The translations under genes were made by a program, and so were the position numbers. The notes beneath the pieces are model-generated. The model was not told the DNA's origin and did no database searches. It was given only the letters and a program-made list of their open reading frames with translations. From positions 1-29,370 of the forward strand of contig JBJEXB010000102.1 of assembly GCA_051885395.1 (NCBI GenBank): a DNA stretch of 29,370 bases, in the 5' to 3' direction. Shown piece after piece: positions 8,796-17,026 of this stretch. Each line of letters opens with the position of its first letter. Position 1 is the first letter of the stretch. The stretch comes from Candidatus Enterousia sp. GTDB lineage: Bacteria > Pseudomonadota > Alphaproteobacteria > Rs-D84.

Positions 8796-9908
8796 ATGTT
8801 AAACTTTCGCAACCAAGACAGAACAAATACATGGCCAGGATTTGTGGACCTGTTTTCGAATTTGGTTATTATTTTAATATTTCTGTTGATTGTATTTGTG
8901 TTTTTATGGACAACAACCAGCGTGTTTAACAAAAGCACGGGTGCAAAAACTGTTGCTGAATTAAAAGAAGCAAACAATGCCCAGGCAGAACGCATCCAGC
9001 AAATGGCCGCAGACGAAGAAGAAGCAAAACGCTTGCTGATTTTGGCACGCAAAGAACTGGAAAATCTGGAATCAAATAACGCAGCATTAACAACCGAAAT
9101 CCAAGAAATGGATTTAAGCATCGAAGATTTAATTTCCGCCTATGAATCCAAGGTTGTTGAACTGCAATCCCAGGGCGTAAATATGCAGCAAACAATTGCC
9201 GAATTAACAGAACAATTAAATCAGGCAACATTGGATAAACAACGTACAGCCGAATTGGAACAAGAACGCAAAAAATTACAGGACGAAATGAACACGCAGC
9301 GTGCATCATTGTCTGAACAACTGGCAAAATTGCAAGCCGCCCTGGATGCCGCCGAAGAAAAATCACGCGAACAAGAAGTTCAATATGTTGAAATGTCATC
9401 ACGCCTGAACAAGGCATTGGCTGACAAAGTTGCAGAATTGAATAATATGTCCAAATATCAGTCTGCGTTTTACAGGGCTATTAAAGAGGCTTTGGGCGAC
9501 ACCACCGCTATCAAGCAAGAAGGCGACCGCTTTATCGTCCCCAGCGATATTTTATTCGCCAGTGGTTCATACACAATATCATCAGATGGTAAAAACCAAC
9601 TGCGAACAATCGCAAATGTGATAAAAAATCTGGAAAATGAAATTCCATCAGACGTAAAATGGATTATACGTGTTGATGGTCATACAGATAACAAAGCGGT
9701 CATACCAGGCACACGTGGATATCGCAATAATATGCAATTGTCATTACTGCGCGCAACGGCTGTTGTGGACGAACTGTCACGCGGCGGTGTAAATCGCACC
9801 CGTCTGTTACCAAGTGGCTTTGGTGATTTACATCCATTCGCCCCAGGCAATACTGCCGCCGACCTGCAAAAAAATCGTCGAATTGAATTACAATTAACAA
9901 ATCAATAA
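8796..9908 (+). CDS. MotB/OmpA-family peptidoglycan-binding partner with a long coiled coil (370 aa)
   Basis: TM WPGFVDLFSNL with conserved Asp, about 190-aa heptad-rich stalk, OmpA-like domain SDILFASGS/RVDGHTD/LSLLRA/NRRIE. Confidence 0.88.
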   Translation: MLNFRNQDRTNTWPGFVDLFSNLVIILIFLLIVFVFLWTTTSVFNKSTGAKTVAELKEANNAQAERIQQMAADEEEAKRLLILARKELENLESNNAALTTEIQEMDLSIEDLISAYESKVVELQSQGVNMQQTIAELTEQLNQATLDKQRTAELEQERKKLQDEMNTQRASLSEQLAKLQAALDAAEEKSREQEVQYVEMSSRLNKALADKVAELNNMSKYQSAFYRAIKEALGDTTAIKQEGDRFIVPSDILFASGSYTISSDGKNQLRTIANVIKNLENEIPSDVKWIIRVDGHTDNKAVIPGTRGYRNNMQLSLLRATAVVDELSRGGVNRTRLLPSGFGDLHPFAPGNTAADLQKNRRIELQLTNQ

Positions 9909-9918
9909 TAAACATCTG

Positions 9919-9948
9919 TCCCCATGGTAACATAACTTGGGGATTTTT
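9919..9948 (+). terminator. terminator-like hairpin after the motB-like gene
   Basis: TCCCCA...TGGGGA stem followed by TTTTT. Confidence 0.5.
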
Positions 9949-9952
9949 ATTA
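9937..9952 (+). repeat. left copy of a 16-bp direct repeat TTGGGGATTTTTATTA
   Basis: identical to 13094-13109. Confidence 0.85.
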
Positions 9953-9963
9953 TAGGCGTGCCT

Positions 9964-10554
9964 TCAACCACAAAAAAAATTGTTTATTGTGCTGGGACTT
10001 ACATTCAAAATACTGGCTATCTTGCGATTTGAAAAGCCCATATTACGTAAATCAAAAATCTTATTTGATAAGCCGTCTAGTTTATGTTTTTTATTTTTAC
10101 ACCCACGAATTCGCCCTAACCTTTCACCACGGCAACGTTTGATTGCCAGTGCCTCACGCGTGCGCTGCGATATTAAATCGCGTTCTATTTCCGCAGACAA
10201 TGCAAATGCGAACGCCAGAACTTTACTTTGAATATTATCCCCCAGTTCATAGCCATCTTTGACAGTATAAACCACCGCGCCAACATTCATACAATGTTCC
10301 AATATACGCATTATCATAAACAGTTTGCGTCCCAACCGCGATAATTCAGAACATATAATAATATCGCCTTTTTTTATTTTACGCAGTAATCCACCCAATG
10401 CACGCTTTTCAGGTGGCAATGTACCCGATATACCATCGTCATAAATGTATTTATCAACCGTCAACCCCATTTGCCCACACTTTGTAATAATACCCAGTTT
10501 TTGATTTTCACAATCTTGTTTGTCTGTTGACACACGAACATACGCATAAACCAT
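9964..10554 (-). CDS. serine recombinase (resolvase/invertase, Mpi-like) with a C-terminal HTH (196 aa)
   Basis: YAYVRVSTDKQ (catalytic Ser), ELSRLGR, AEIERDLISQRTREAL, HTH GFSNRKIASILNVSPSTI. Confidence 0.93.
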   Translation of the reverse strand: MVYAYVRVSTDKQDCENQKLGIITKCGQMGLTVDKYIYDDGISGTLPPEKRALGGLLRKIKKGDIIICSELSRLGRKLFMIMRILEHCMNVGAVVYTVKDGYELGDNIQSKVLAFAFALSAEIERDLISQRTREALAIKRCRGERLGRIRGCKNKKHKLDGLSNKIFDLRNMGFSNRKIASILNVSPSTINNFFCG

Positions 10555-10771
10555 CAGAAATCCTTTTTTTATTTATAGAAAAAACACCGCCAAAGACGGT
10601 GTATGAATTTATTTATCGAACCATTAATTTGTTCAATTTCTGCCCCAGATTATATCAAAAAAATTGGGTAAAAGCAATAGAATTTCTAAAAAATCGCTTG
10701 CATAATTTCAACCTTGGATAGAATTGTGCAATTAATTCTAGTCACCCATCAACGCGTGGGACAATGCAAAA

Positions 10772-11788
10772 ATGGCAAATGCAAGTCTGCAATCTGCGAA
10801 ACAGGTAAAAAATGATGAGTTTTACACTCAGTTTTCAGACATAAAAACAGAATGCGATAAATACGCACGCGCATTTCGGGGCAAGGTTATTTATTGCAAC
10901 TGTGATGACCATTATGGCATCAGCAAAGGCACACCAAAATCAAACTTTATAAAATATTTTGCTGATAATTTTCAAGCGTTCGGATTAAAACGCTTAATTG
11001 CCACCCATTACGAGAAAGACGGCAGTAATAGTTGTGCATATATCCTGGACCGCGATATCACAGGTGATGGCATTATATGTTTAGAAGATATAGAAGAAAT
11101 TCCGCTGCGTTGCGATGGCGATTTTCGCAGCGATGAATGTATTAAATTTCTGAAACAAGCAGATATTGTTATCACCAATCCGCCATTTTCATTATTCCGT
11201 GAATATGTTGCCCAATTGATAGAATATAATAAAAAATTTTTGATAATTGGAAATGATAATTGTCGCACATACAAAGAAATATTTCCACTGATACAAACCA
11301 ATAAAATGTGGTGCGGGTATGGTTCAGTAAAACAATTTGCAAAACCAAACGGCGAAACACAAAGTTTTGGGAATGTTTCATGGTATACCAATCTGCCGAA
11401 CGCACGCAGAAATGAATGGCTAAATACGGGGGCGGAATACACAGGGCACGAATCCGAATATCCGAAATACGATAACTATGATGCCATAGAAGTCAGCAAA
11501 GTTTCACATATTCCAATGGACTATGATGGGGTAATGGGCGTTCCAATTACATTTCTGGACAAACACAATCCCGAACAATTTGAAATTGTCGGAATGTGCG
11601 AGAACGAAGACCTGTATAAATTGAAAATAAAAAAATACTCTGCCGAAGAATGCAAAAATGCATATCGTATCCTGTTCAAAAAAAATGGGGTTTATGACTT
11701 AAATGCAGCAGGCGTCTTAAATCGTGATGGAATTTATAAAAAAGTTTATCAACGTATTCTTATACGCAAAAAAAAGGCAAATAAATGA
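10772..11788 (+). CDS. EcoRI-family adenine-specific DNA methyltransferase (338 aa)
   Basis: KNDEFYTQ start, VIYCNCDD, GDFRSDEC, catalytic ITNPPFSLF, MGVPITFLDK. Confidence 0.9.
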   Translation: MANASLQSAKQVKNDEFYTQFSDIKTECDKYARAFRGKVIYCNCDDHYGISKGTPKSNFIKYFADNFQAFGLKRLIATHYEKDGSNSCAYILDRDITGDGIICLEDIEEIPLRCDGDFRSDECIKFLKQADIVITNPPFSLFREYVAQLIEYNKKFLIIGNDNCRTYKEIFPLIQTNKMWCGYGSVKQFAKPNGETQSFGNVSWYTNLPNARRNEWLNTGAEYTGHESEYPKYDNYDAIEVSKVSHIPMDYDGVMGVPITFLDKHNPEQFEIVGMCENEDLYKLKIKKYSAEECKNAYRILFKKNGVYDLNAAGVLNRDGIYKKVYQRILIRKKKANK

Positions 11789-13077
11789 CAATGAAAGTAA
11801 TCGACCCAAAAGATGAATTTGGTAAAGACTTTATTACCATTGCCGATATTGTTAATGGGTATTGTGATAATCACGAAGGGGGTGTCACTGGTTTTGCTGG
11901 GCGACTGAACATTCGACCCGCATATCAACGCGAATTTATATACGATTCTGCAAAACGCGAAAAAGTTATTCATAGTATTTATAACGGATTACCACTAAAC
12001 TTTATTTACTGGGCAAAAAATCCAGATGGCACATACGAAGTTATTGATGGTCAGCAACGCTTAATATCTATCTGTCAATTTGCAACAAATGATGATGGCT
12101 TTGGCAATCCAATCGCAATTATGTTTAACGGGAAAAATACAGATACCATTGAATCTTTACGCGATTTTTCACCTGATAAATATGATTATATTATGCACAA
12201 ATATAAATTACAAATTTGTATTTGCGAAGGAACCGACGATGAAAAACTGGACTGGTTTAACACAATTAATATCGCGGGTATTCCAATGACACCCCAAGAA
12301 TTGTTAAATGCAAACTTTACAGGTCCATGGTTAAATCACGCAAAAGAACTGTTCAGCAAATCACAAAATAATTTGGCACTGAATGAATCATATCACGGTA
12401 ACGGCGCGGCAGACTCTGATAAGCCATTAGTTATCCCCAGTACCAATGGCGATAAATTTAGCCCAAAGCGGGTTGAACGCCAAGCATTACTGGAACTGGC
12501 GCTATCGTGGATTGTAAATTCAGATGAACGTGGCAACGAACGTGTCACAGACAATGAAATCAACCGCATAATAAACCCAAAGATAAAAGAATATATGGCT
12601 ATTAATCGCACAAAACCAAACGCTAACGAATTATGGAATTATTACAAGGCTGTTTTAGATTGGGTCAAAGCACGATTTCCAGAATACTATGAAGAAATGC
12701 GCGGCATTGATTGGGGAACACTGTATGCAAAATACAAGCATGATGCAACAGATTACAGTGCACGTGTCGCACAACTGATGGCGGATAGCGAAGTTAAATC
12801 TAAACGCGGAATCTTTGAATTTGTTTTTGACGAAGAAAACAATTTTCCAAAACTGTCACTGCGTGATTTTGATGACGCAACAAAACGCACACAATATCAA
12901 AAACAAGGCGGTATTTGCCCATACTGTAAAAACACATCAAATGAAAATAAAATTTGGAAATTATCAGAAATGGACGCAGACCATATCATTGCGTGGCGCA
13001 ATGGTGGCAAAACAGAGCCAGCGAACTGTCAAATGCTGTGCCGACACCATAACCACGAAAAAGGTAACCGCTGGTAA
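11785..13077 (+). CDS. DUF262 (GmrSD-type) plus HNH endonuclease fusion (430 aa)
   Basis: RPAYQREFIY, VIDGQQRL, FNTIN; C-terminal CPYC...DADHIIAWRNGGKT..NCQMLCRHHN; ATGA overlap with the methyltransferase. Confidence 0.88.
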   Translation: MTMKVIDPKDEFGKDFITIADIVNGYCDNHEGGVTGFAGRLNIRPAYQREFIYDSAKREKVIHSIYNGLPLNFIYWAKNPDGTYEVIDGQQRLISICQFATNDDGFGNPIAIMFNGKNTDTIESLRDFSPDKYDYIMHKYKLQICICEGTDDEKLDWFNTINIAGIPMTPQELLNANFTGPWLNHAKELFSKSQNNLALNESYHGNGAADSDKPLVIPSTNGDKFSPKRVERQALLELALSWIVNSDERGNERVTDNEINRIINPKIKEYMAINRTKPNANELWNYYKAVLDWVKARFPEYYEEMRGIDWGTLYAKYKHDATDYSARVAQLMADSEVKSKRGIFEFVFDEENNFPKLSLRDFDDATKRTQYQKQGGICPYCKNTSNENKIWKLSEMDADHIIAWRNGGKTEPANCQMLCRHHNHEKGNRW

Positions 13078-13080
13078 AAC

Positions 13081-13105
13081 AAAATCCCCAACATTGGGGA
13101 TTTTT
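13081..13105. terminator. bidirectional terminator between convergent genes
   Basis: AAAATCCCCAA-CA-TTGGGGATTTT perfect 11-bp stem. Confidence 0.75.
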
Positions 13106-13109
13106 ATTA
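13094..13109 (+). repeat. right copy of the 16-bp direct repeat TTGGGGATTTTTATTA
   Basis: identical to 9937-9952. Confidence 0.85.
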
Positions 13110-13129
13110 ACGAAAGAAAATATATGTGA

Positions 13130-13513
13130 TTACTGATTTATCAATTCGACATAGTCAACATCAACCTCGGTATTAAATACACCACGGTCAATTTCACCAT
13201 ATACTTTGATTGTATCATTTGGTGTAACATTTACACCGCGCCAATCATCATCATCTATTTCGATAATGACTGTACCTGCACCATCTTGGAATAAATATTT
13301 TTCACCACCTGTACGTTTTACAATTTTTCCAGTCATTACAACAGGCGTATCATCACGCAATTCCGTTATTTGTTCTGTTGTAACAATTGTATCTGTACCA
13401 CCTGAAAAACCGCCCTTGCCTGTTGTAACAGTTGTGACCGTTTCTTGAAATTCGGCATGCGCCGCACCAACTAATAATATTGCCCCCAATGCAACAATAG
13501 AAACTTTTTTCAT
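13130..13513 (-). CDS. YgiW/YdeI-family periplasmic OB-fold protein (127 aa)
   Basis: signal peptide MKKVSIVALG...AHA; DDTPVVMTG, EKYLFQDGAGTVIIEIDDDDW, VYGEID. Confidence 0.85.
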   Translation of the reverse strand: MKKVSIVALGAILLVGAAHAEFQETVTTVTTGKGGFSGGTDTIVTTEQITELRDDTPVVMTGKIVKRTGGEKYLFQDGAGTVIIEIDDDDWRGVNVTPNDTIKVYGEIDRGVFNTEVDVDYVELINQ

Positions 13514-13584
13514 ATCATTCCCCCTTTGTATTTTATCCGTGTAATACGATTATATCACAAATTATATTCAAAAAATCTAGGAAT

Positions 13585-13613
13585 AAAAAAATGCTCCATT
13601 CGGAGCATTTTTT
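13585..13613 (-). terminator. terminator of mscS
   Basis: AAAAAAATGCTCC-ATTC-GGAGCATTTTTT abutting the stop codon. Confidence 0.75.
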
Positions 13614-14460
13614 ATTTGATAACATGCACATCCATTTGTGGAAATGGGAAGTTTAATTTCTTCTTTGGTAATGTTTCATAAATCTTTTCGCGAATATCTG
13701 CCGCCGCAGGATACATATCAGCGTATGACGTCCAAAAACGAACAGTCAAAACAACCGCACTGTCTGCCAAATCCGACACAAAAACAGTTGGAACGGCTGG
13801 CTTATTCAAAACACGCGAATCCGCAGCCAATATATCCATAATTACAGAACGCGCTTTTTCAACATTGTCACCGTATGAAATACCAATGGTTAAATCTGTA
13901 CGACGATTTCCACCACGCGACATATTTGTAATTACACCATTTGATAAATTTGAATTTGGCACAATAACAACCTGGTTATCAAAAGTTTGAATTTCTGTTG
14001 TAAAAATCATAATTCTTTTTACGACACCCGTTTGACCACTGGGACTAATAATCGTATCACCAACCTTGAATGGCTTAAAGAACAGTATCACCAACCCACC
14101 TGCAACATTTTGCATTGTCCCAGATAGAGCCATACCAACAGCCAATGCCGCTGCACCTAATGCCGCAGTAATTGCCGTCATCTGGACACCAACCGTGGTC
14201 AGAACGATAACAAAAACAAATACTTTTGATATTATGCTGACAAATGAAGCCAAGAACGACTGCAATGATGGTTCCAGTTTACGACGTTCCATTCCACGCT
14301 TTACAATCTTGGTCAAACGTGCCGACAGCCATAATCCAATAGATAATATTACCAATGCAATCATTATCTTTAAACTGAACCGCAATGCGCCTTCTATAAA
14401 TTGGCGTAACAGGTCATGGAAATTAATATTTACTAATGGTGATGATGTATCTGGCGTCAT
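13612..14460 (-). CDS. mscS: small-conductance mechanosensitive channel (282 aa)
   Basis: three TM helices, ALGAAALAVGMALSGTMQNVAGG, FKPFKVGDTI, IVPNSNL, RRTDLTIGISYGD, FPFPQMDVH. Confidence 0.9.
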   Translation of the reverse strand: MTPDTSSPLVNINFHDLLRQFIEGALRFSLKIMIALVILSIGLWLSARLTKIVKRGMERRKLEPSLQSFLASFVSIISKVFVFVIVLTTVGVQMTAITAALGAAALAVGMALSGTMQNVAGGLVILFFKPFKVGDTIISPSGQTGVVKRIMIFTTEIQTFDNQVVIVPNSNLSNGVITNMSRGGNRRTDLTIGISYGDNVEKARSVIMDILAADSRVLNKPAVPTVFVSDLADSAVVLTVRFWTSYADMYPAAADIREKIYETLPKKKLNFPFPQMDVHVIK

Positions 14461-14530
14461 AATTTTATACCCCCTATGCTTTACTACACGCCCCCCAGCA
14501 TTACGCTGGGGTTATAAATTGTTTCATACA

Positions 14531-16990
14531 TTACATTATAATGTCTTCGCAATCAGGTCCCTTGGTCGAAACATCGCAACTTTGCTTTTTGCCAATTCCC
14601 AAGAATCCACCTTTCTTGGTACAACTCTGCGTTGTTATCGTTGTGCACACGTGACAATTACGAGTTTCGCGGCTGAACAATGCAGATACAGTTTTTGTAA
14701 CACCACTGCCCGCAGTTGTTGTATATTGCGATTCCATATTCGCCGCCTGTTTCATTAGATCTGAATTCGCCATACCTGCGCTGACATCATAACTGATTGC
14801 ATAGGGGGCGGTCAATGGCGTATCCACAGATGCTGTGCCAACACCTGCACTGCCACCATTTTGCGCAATCTTTTGGCACATATATTGTGCCAGGTCTGCT
14901 GATGCATTTTTGGTTGCATCGGCTATTTCTTTGTTCAGTTTTGCATTATAGTTATCTTGTGCTTTACGCAATGCAGAAACTGCAATTTGCATTTTGACCT
15001 GGGTCAACAAATTCGGGAATCGACCTGTGGTTTTATCATTCGCCTTGCCTGTTATTTGTGACAGGTTACGTCCATTAACACAGTATTGAATTTCTGGGTC
15101 TTGTTCAATCATTTCAATTGTACGATTGATTGTACCAGCGATATTGTTCAATTCTTCCTCAATAGACGATATTATACCCGCCGCATTATCAACAGATGCA
15201 TTACGTGCGCGCACGTGACTCAGATATTCTTGAACGCCGATTTCACCAGGGCCAAGTTTTGTATCACCATCATCGCCAATATCCTTGGTACGTCCTGTCG
15301 CGTCACCCATTTTAATACTGCCAAATGAAATCATACCTGTAACGCGATATACATCGCCATCTTTCTGGGAACGCAGCGAACCCGTACCCATCGTATCATC
15401 TGCGGCAAATTTATTACAATCGGTGGTACTGCCACAGACTTCTTCCATTTTGGCATCAACAATGTTTTGGCATTGTTCCAAGGCAGCATTATCAATATTC
15501 AGATAAAGCCCCATTAACATAGAATCCAAATCATCCATTGAAAATGCAGGATTATTAGCCTTGCACACGACCAATTTATCCAGCGGGCAAATATCGTGGA
15601 TGTAGTCGTAATCCATACCTAAGCAATTTTCAAAATTCGGACCACAGCGGTCTTCTGCGGTAAAGCACTCTTTGACCTCTTGCGTACAGGCATCAACACG
15701 CATTGCCGCCAATTTGTCTTTGACATATCCCCAGATTAACGGTTCCATACGTTCACATGGGTCGATTTCAATTTTACAGAAAGAACGCACCATATCCGGA
15801 CGTGATAAACACGCATCCATAGTATCAACACCCTTGCCAACGATATCATCTTTACACGCTGTCTGAACACATTGTGAAATATTGGTCAAACATGACTGAC
15901 GGAACTTTGATTCTGCCTGATTTTCCGCCAATCGAATTGTTGGGGCGGCTTCTCTTAAAAATGCAGGCCACACATTATCACGCACCACAACGCATTGACT
16001 TAAAACGTTTTCACAGATAAAACGTTTTGATTCCAATATTTCCATCGTAGATGCAGTAATATCGTATGTATTAACCGTTGCGATCTGGGTTCCTGCGGTT
16101 GATTTTGCCTTGTTATTCTGCATATTTTCAGACGCAATTGTAAATACGCAATTTTCCCAGTTTTTACCACACGCATCATCTGTCTGCATACACTTTTTAA
16201 ATTCCACCATACATTGACCCAAGTCATATTTATTTGCAGAATCAAAACTTTCTTTTAATGCGGTACGCACTTCGCCCTGGGCAGATGCCAATTCAATTTC
16301 TGCCTCAGACTTTTTCGTAGCCAAACTGTTTTTAAAACCTTCACAATCTGAAACGATTTGACGCGCATACAATTGATGTAAAAAGTTCGTATCCTTTTCA
16401 CATTTAGCGGGGATTTGATTTAAACAAACATTCTCGGCGGCGGCAAATAATGCAGACCCTGTTTTGGACGAAATATCTTCGACTGTTTCCTCGTCCTCAT
16501 CGTCATACAGATTATTTTCAAACAACGCCATTAAATCAGCACGTTTTTTTTGTTTGGTTTCCGCTTCGGACAATTCATCAACATCTAATAAATTACCATT
16601 TTCGTCATAACGACGTTCGCCAGTAAATATGATATCGGCTTGGGCACCAGCCTTGACCTTTTCAACCTCGATAGTACGAATACGTTCTGCCTCGGTTAAA
16701 ATATCTTGGATCTCTGAAAACTGTTTTTCATACTTTGCACTGTCATCACTGCACGCACAACTGCCACCATTCGTATTATCAGCAATACAAAATTGGTCCA
16801 AACATCCAAAATACGCATCATAGCATTCTTGGTCATACAATCCTGTTGCTGTAACCTTGGTACGAACAAAAGTCCCCTTTTGAATAGCAGATTGCTTTCC
16901 AGTATTTTTTGCCGTTACCGCATGACACTGCGGGGCAATAAAAGTCCCCGCAATTATCATAGCAATACCAACAAATATATTTCGTTTCAT
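14531..16990 (-). CDS. large secreted Cys-rich protein, paralogue A (819 aa)
   Basis: signal-like MKRNIFVGIAMIIAG...CHA (start 16990, GGGGA upstream); 36 Cys after the signal; shared N-terminal Cys motif. Confidence 0.85.
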   Translation of the reverse strand: MKRNIFVGIAMIIAGTFIAPQCHAVTAKNTGKQSAIQKGTFVRTKVTATGLYDQECYDAYFGCLDQFCIADNTNGGSCACSDDSAKYEKQFSEIQDILTEAERIRTIEVEKVKAGAQADIIFTGERRYDENGNLLDVDELSEAETKQKKRADLMALFENNLYDDEDEETVEDISSKTGSALFAAAENVCLNQIPAKCEKDTNFLHQLYARQIVSDCEGFKNSLATKKSEAEIELASAQGEVRTALKESFDSANKYDLGQCMVEFKKCMQTDDACGKNWENCVFTIASENMQNNKAKSTAGTQIATVNTYDITASTMEILESKRFICENVLSQCVVVRDNVWPAFLREAAPTIRLAENQAESKFRQSCLTNISQCVQTACKDDIVGKGVDTMDACLSRPDMVRSFCKIEIDPCERMEPLIWGYVKDKLAAMRVDACTQEVKECFTAEDRCGPNFENCLGMDYDYIHDICPLDKLVVCKANNPAFSMDDLDSMLMGLYLNIDNAALEQCQNIVDAKMEEVCGSTTDCNKFAADDTMGTGSLRSQKDGDVYRVTGMISFGSIKMGDATGRTKDIGDDGDTKLGPGEIGVQEYLSHVRARNASVDNAAGIISSIEEELNNIAGTINRTIEMIEQDPEIQYCVNGRNLSQITGKANDKTTGRFPNLLTQVKMQIAVSALRKAQDNYNAKLNKEIADATKNASADLAQYMCQKIAQNGGSAGVGTASVDTPLTAPYAISYDVSAGMANSDLMKQAANMESQYTTTAGSGVTKTVSALFSRETRNCHVCTTITTQSCTKKGGFLGIGKKQSCDVSTKGPDCEDIIM

Positions 16991-17026
16991 ATCATGTATC
17001 CCCAAAGTAAAATCCGCCATATTAAA

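Larger units (their letters stand above)
9937..13109. mobile_element. putative integrated recombinase/methyltransferase/nuclease cassette
   Basis: serine recombinase plus an RM-like gene pair, bounded by exact 16-bp direct repeats 3157 bp apart. Confidence 0.55.

Noticed and set aside
8025-9908. Zorya defence system
   Set aside because: No long ZorA tail and no zorC/D/E; kept only as an orphan motor pair
10772-11788. GAATTC avoidance as evidence of EcoRI specificity
   Set aside because: GAATTC sites are readily visible in the window (e.g. near 685, 3095, 10107), and family membership does not fix specificity
14066-14758. 230-aa plus-strand ORF
   Set aside because: Antisense shadow of mscS and paralogue A with no recognisable motifs; the same applies to the many other short overlapping ORFs in the track
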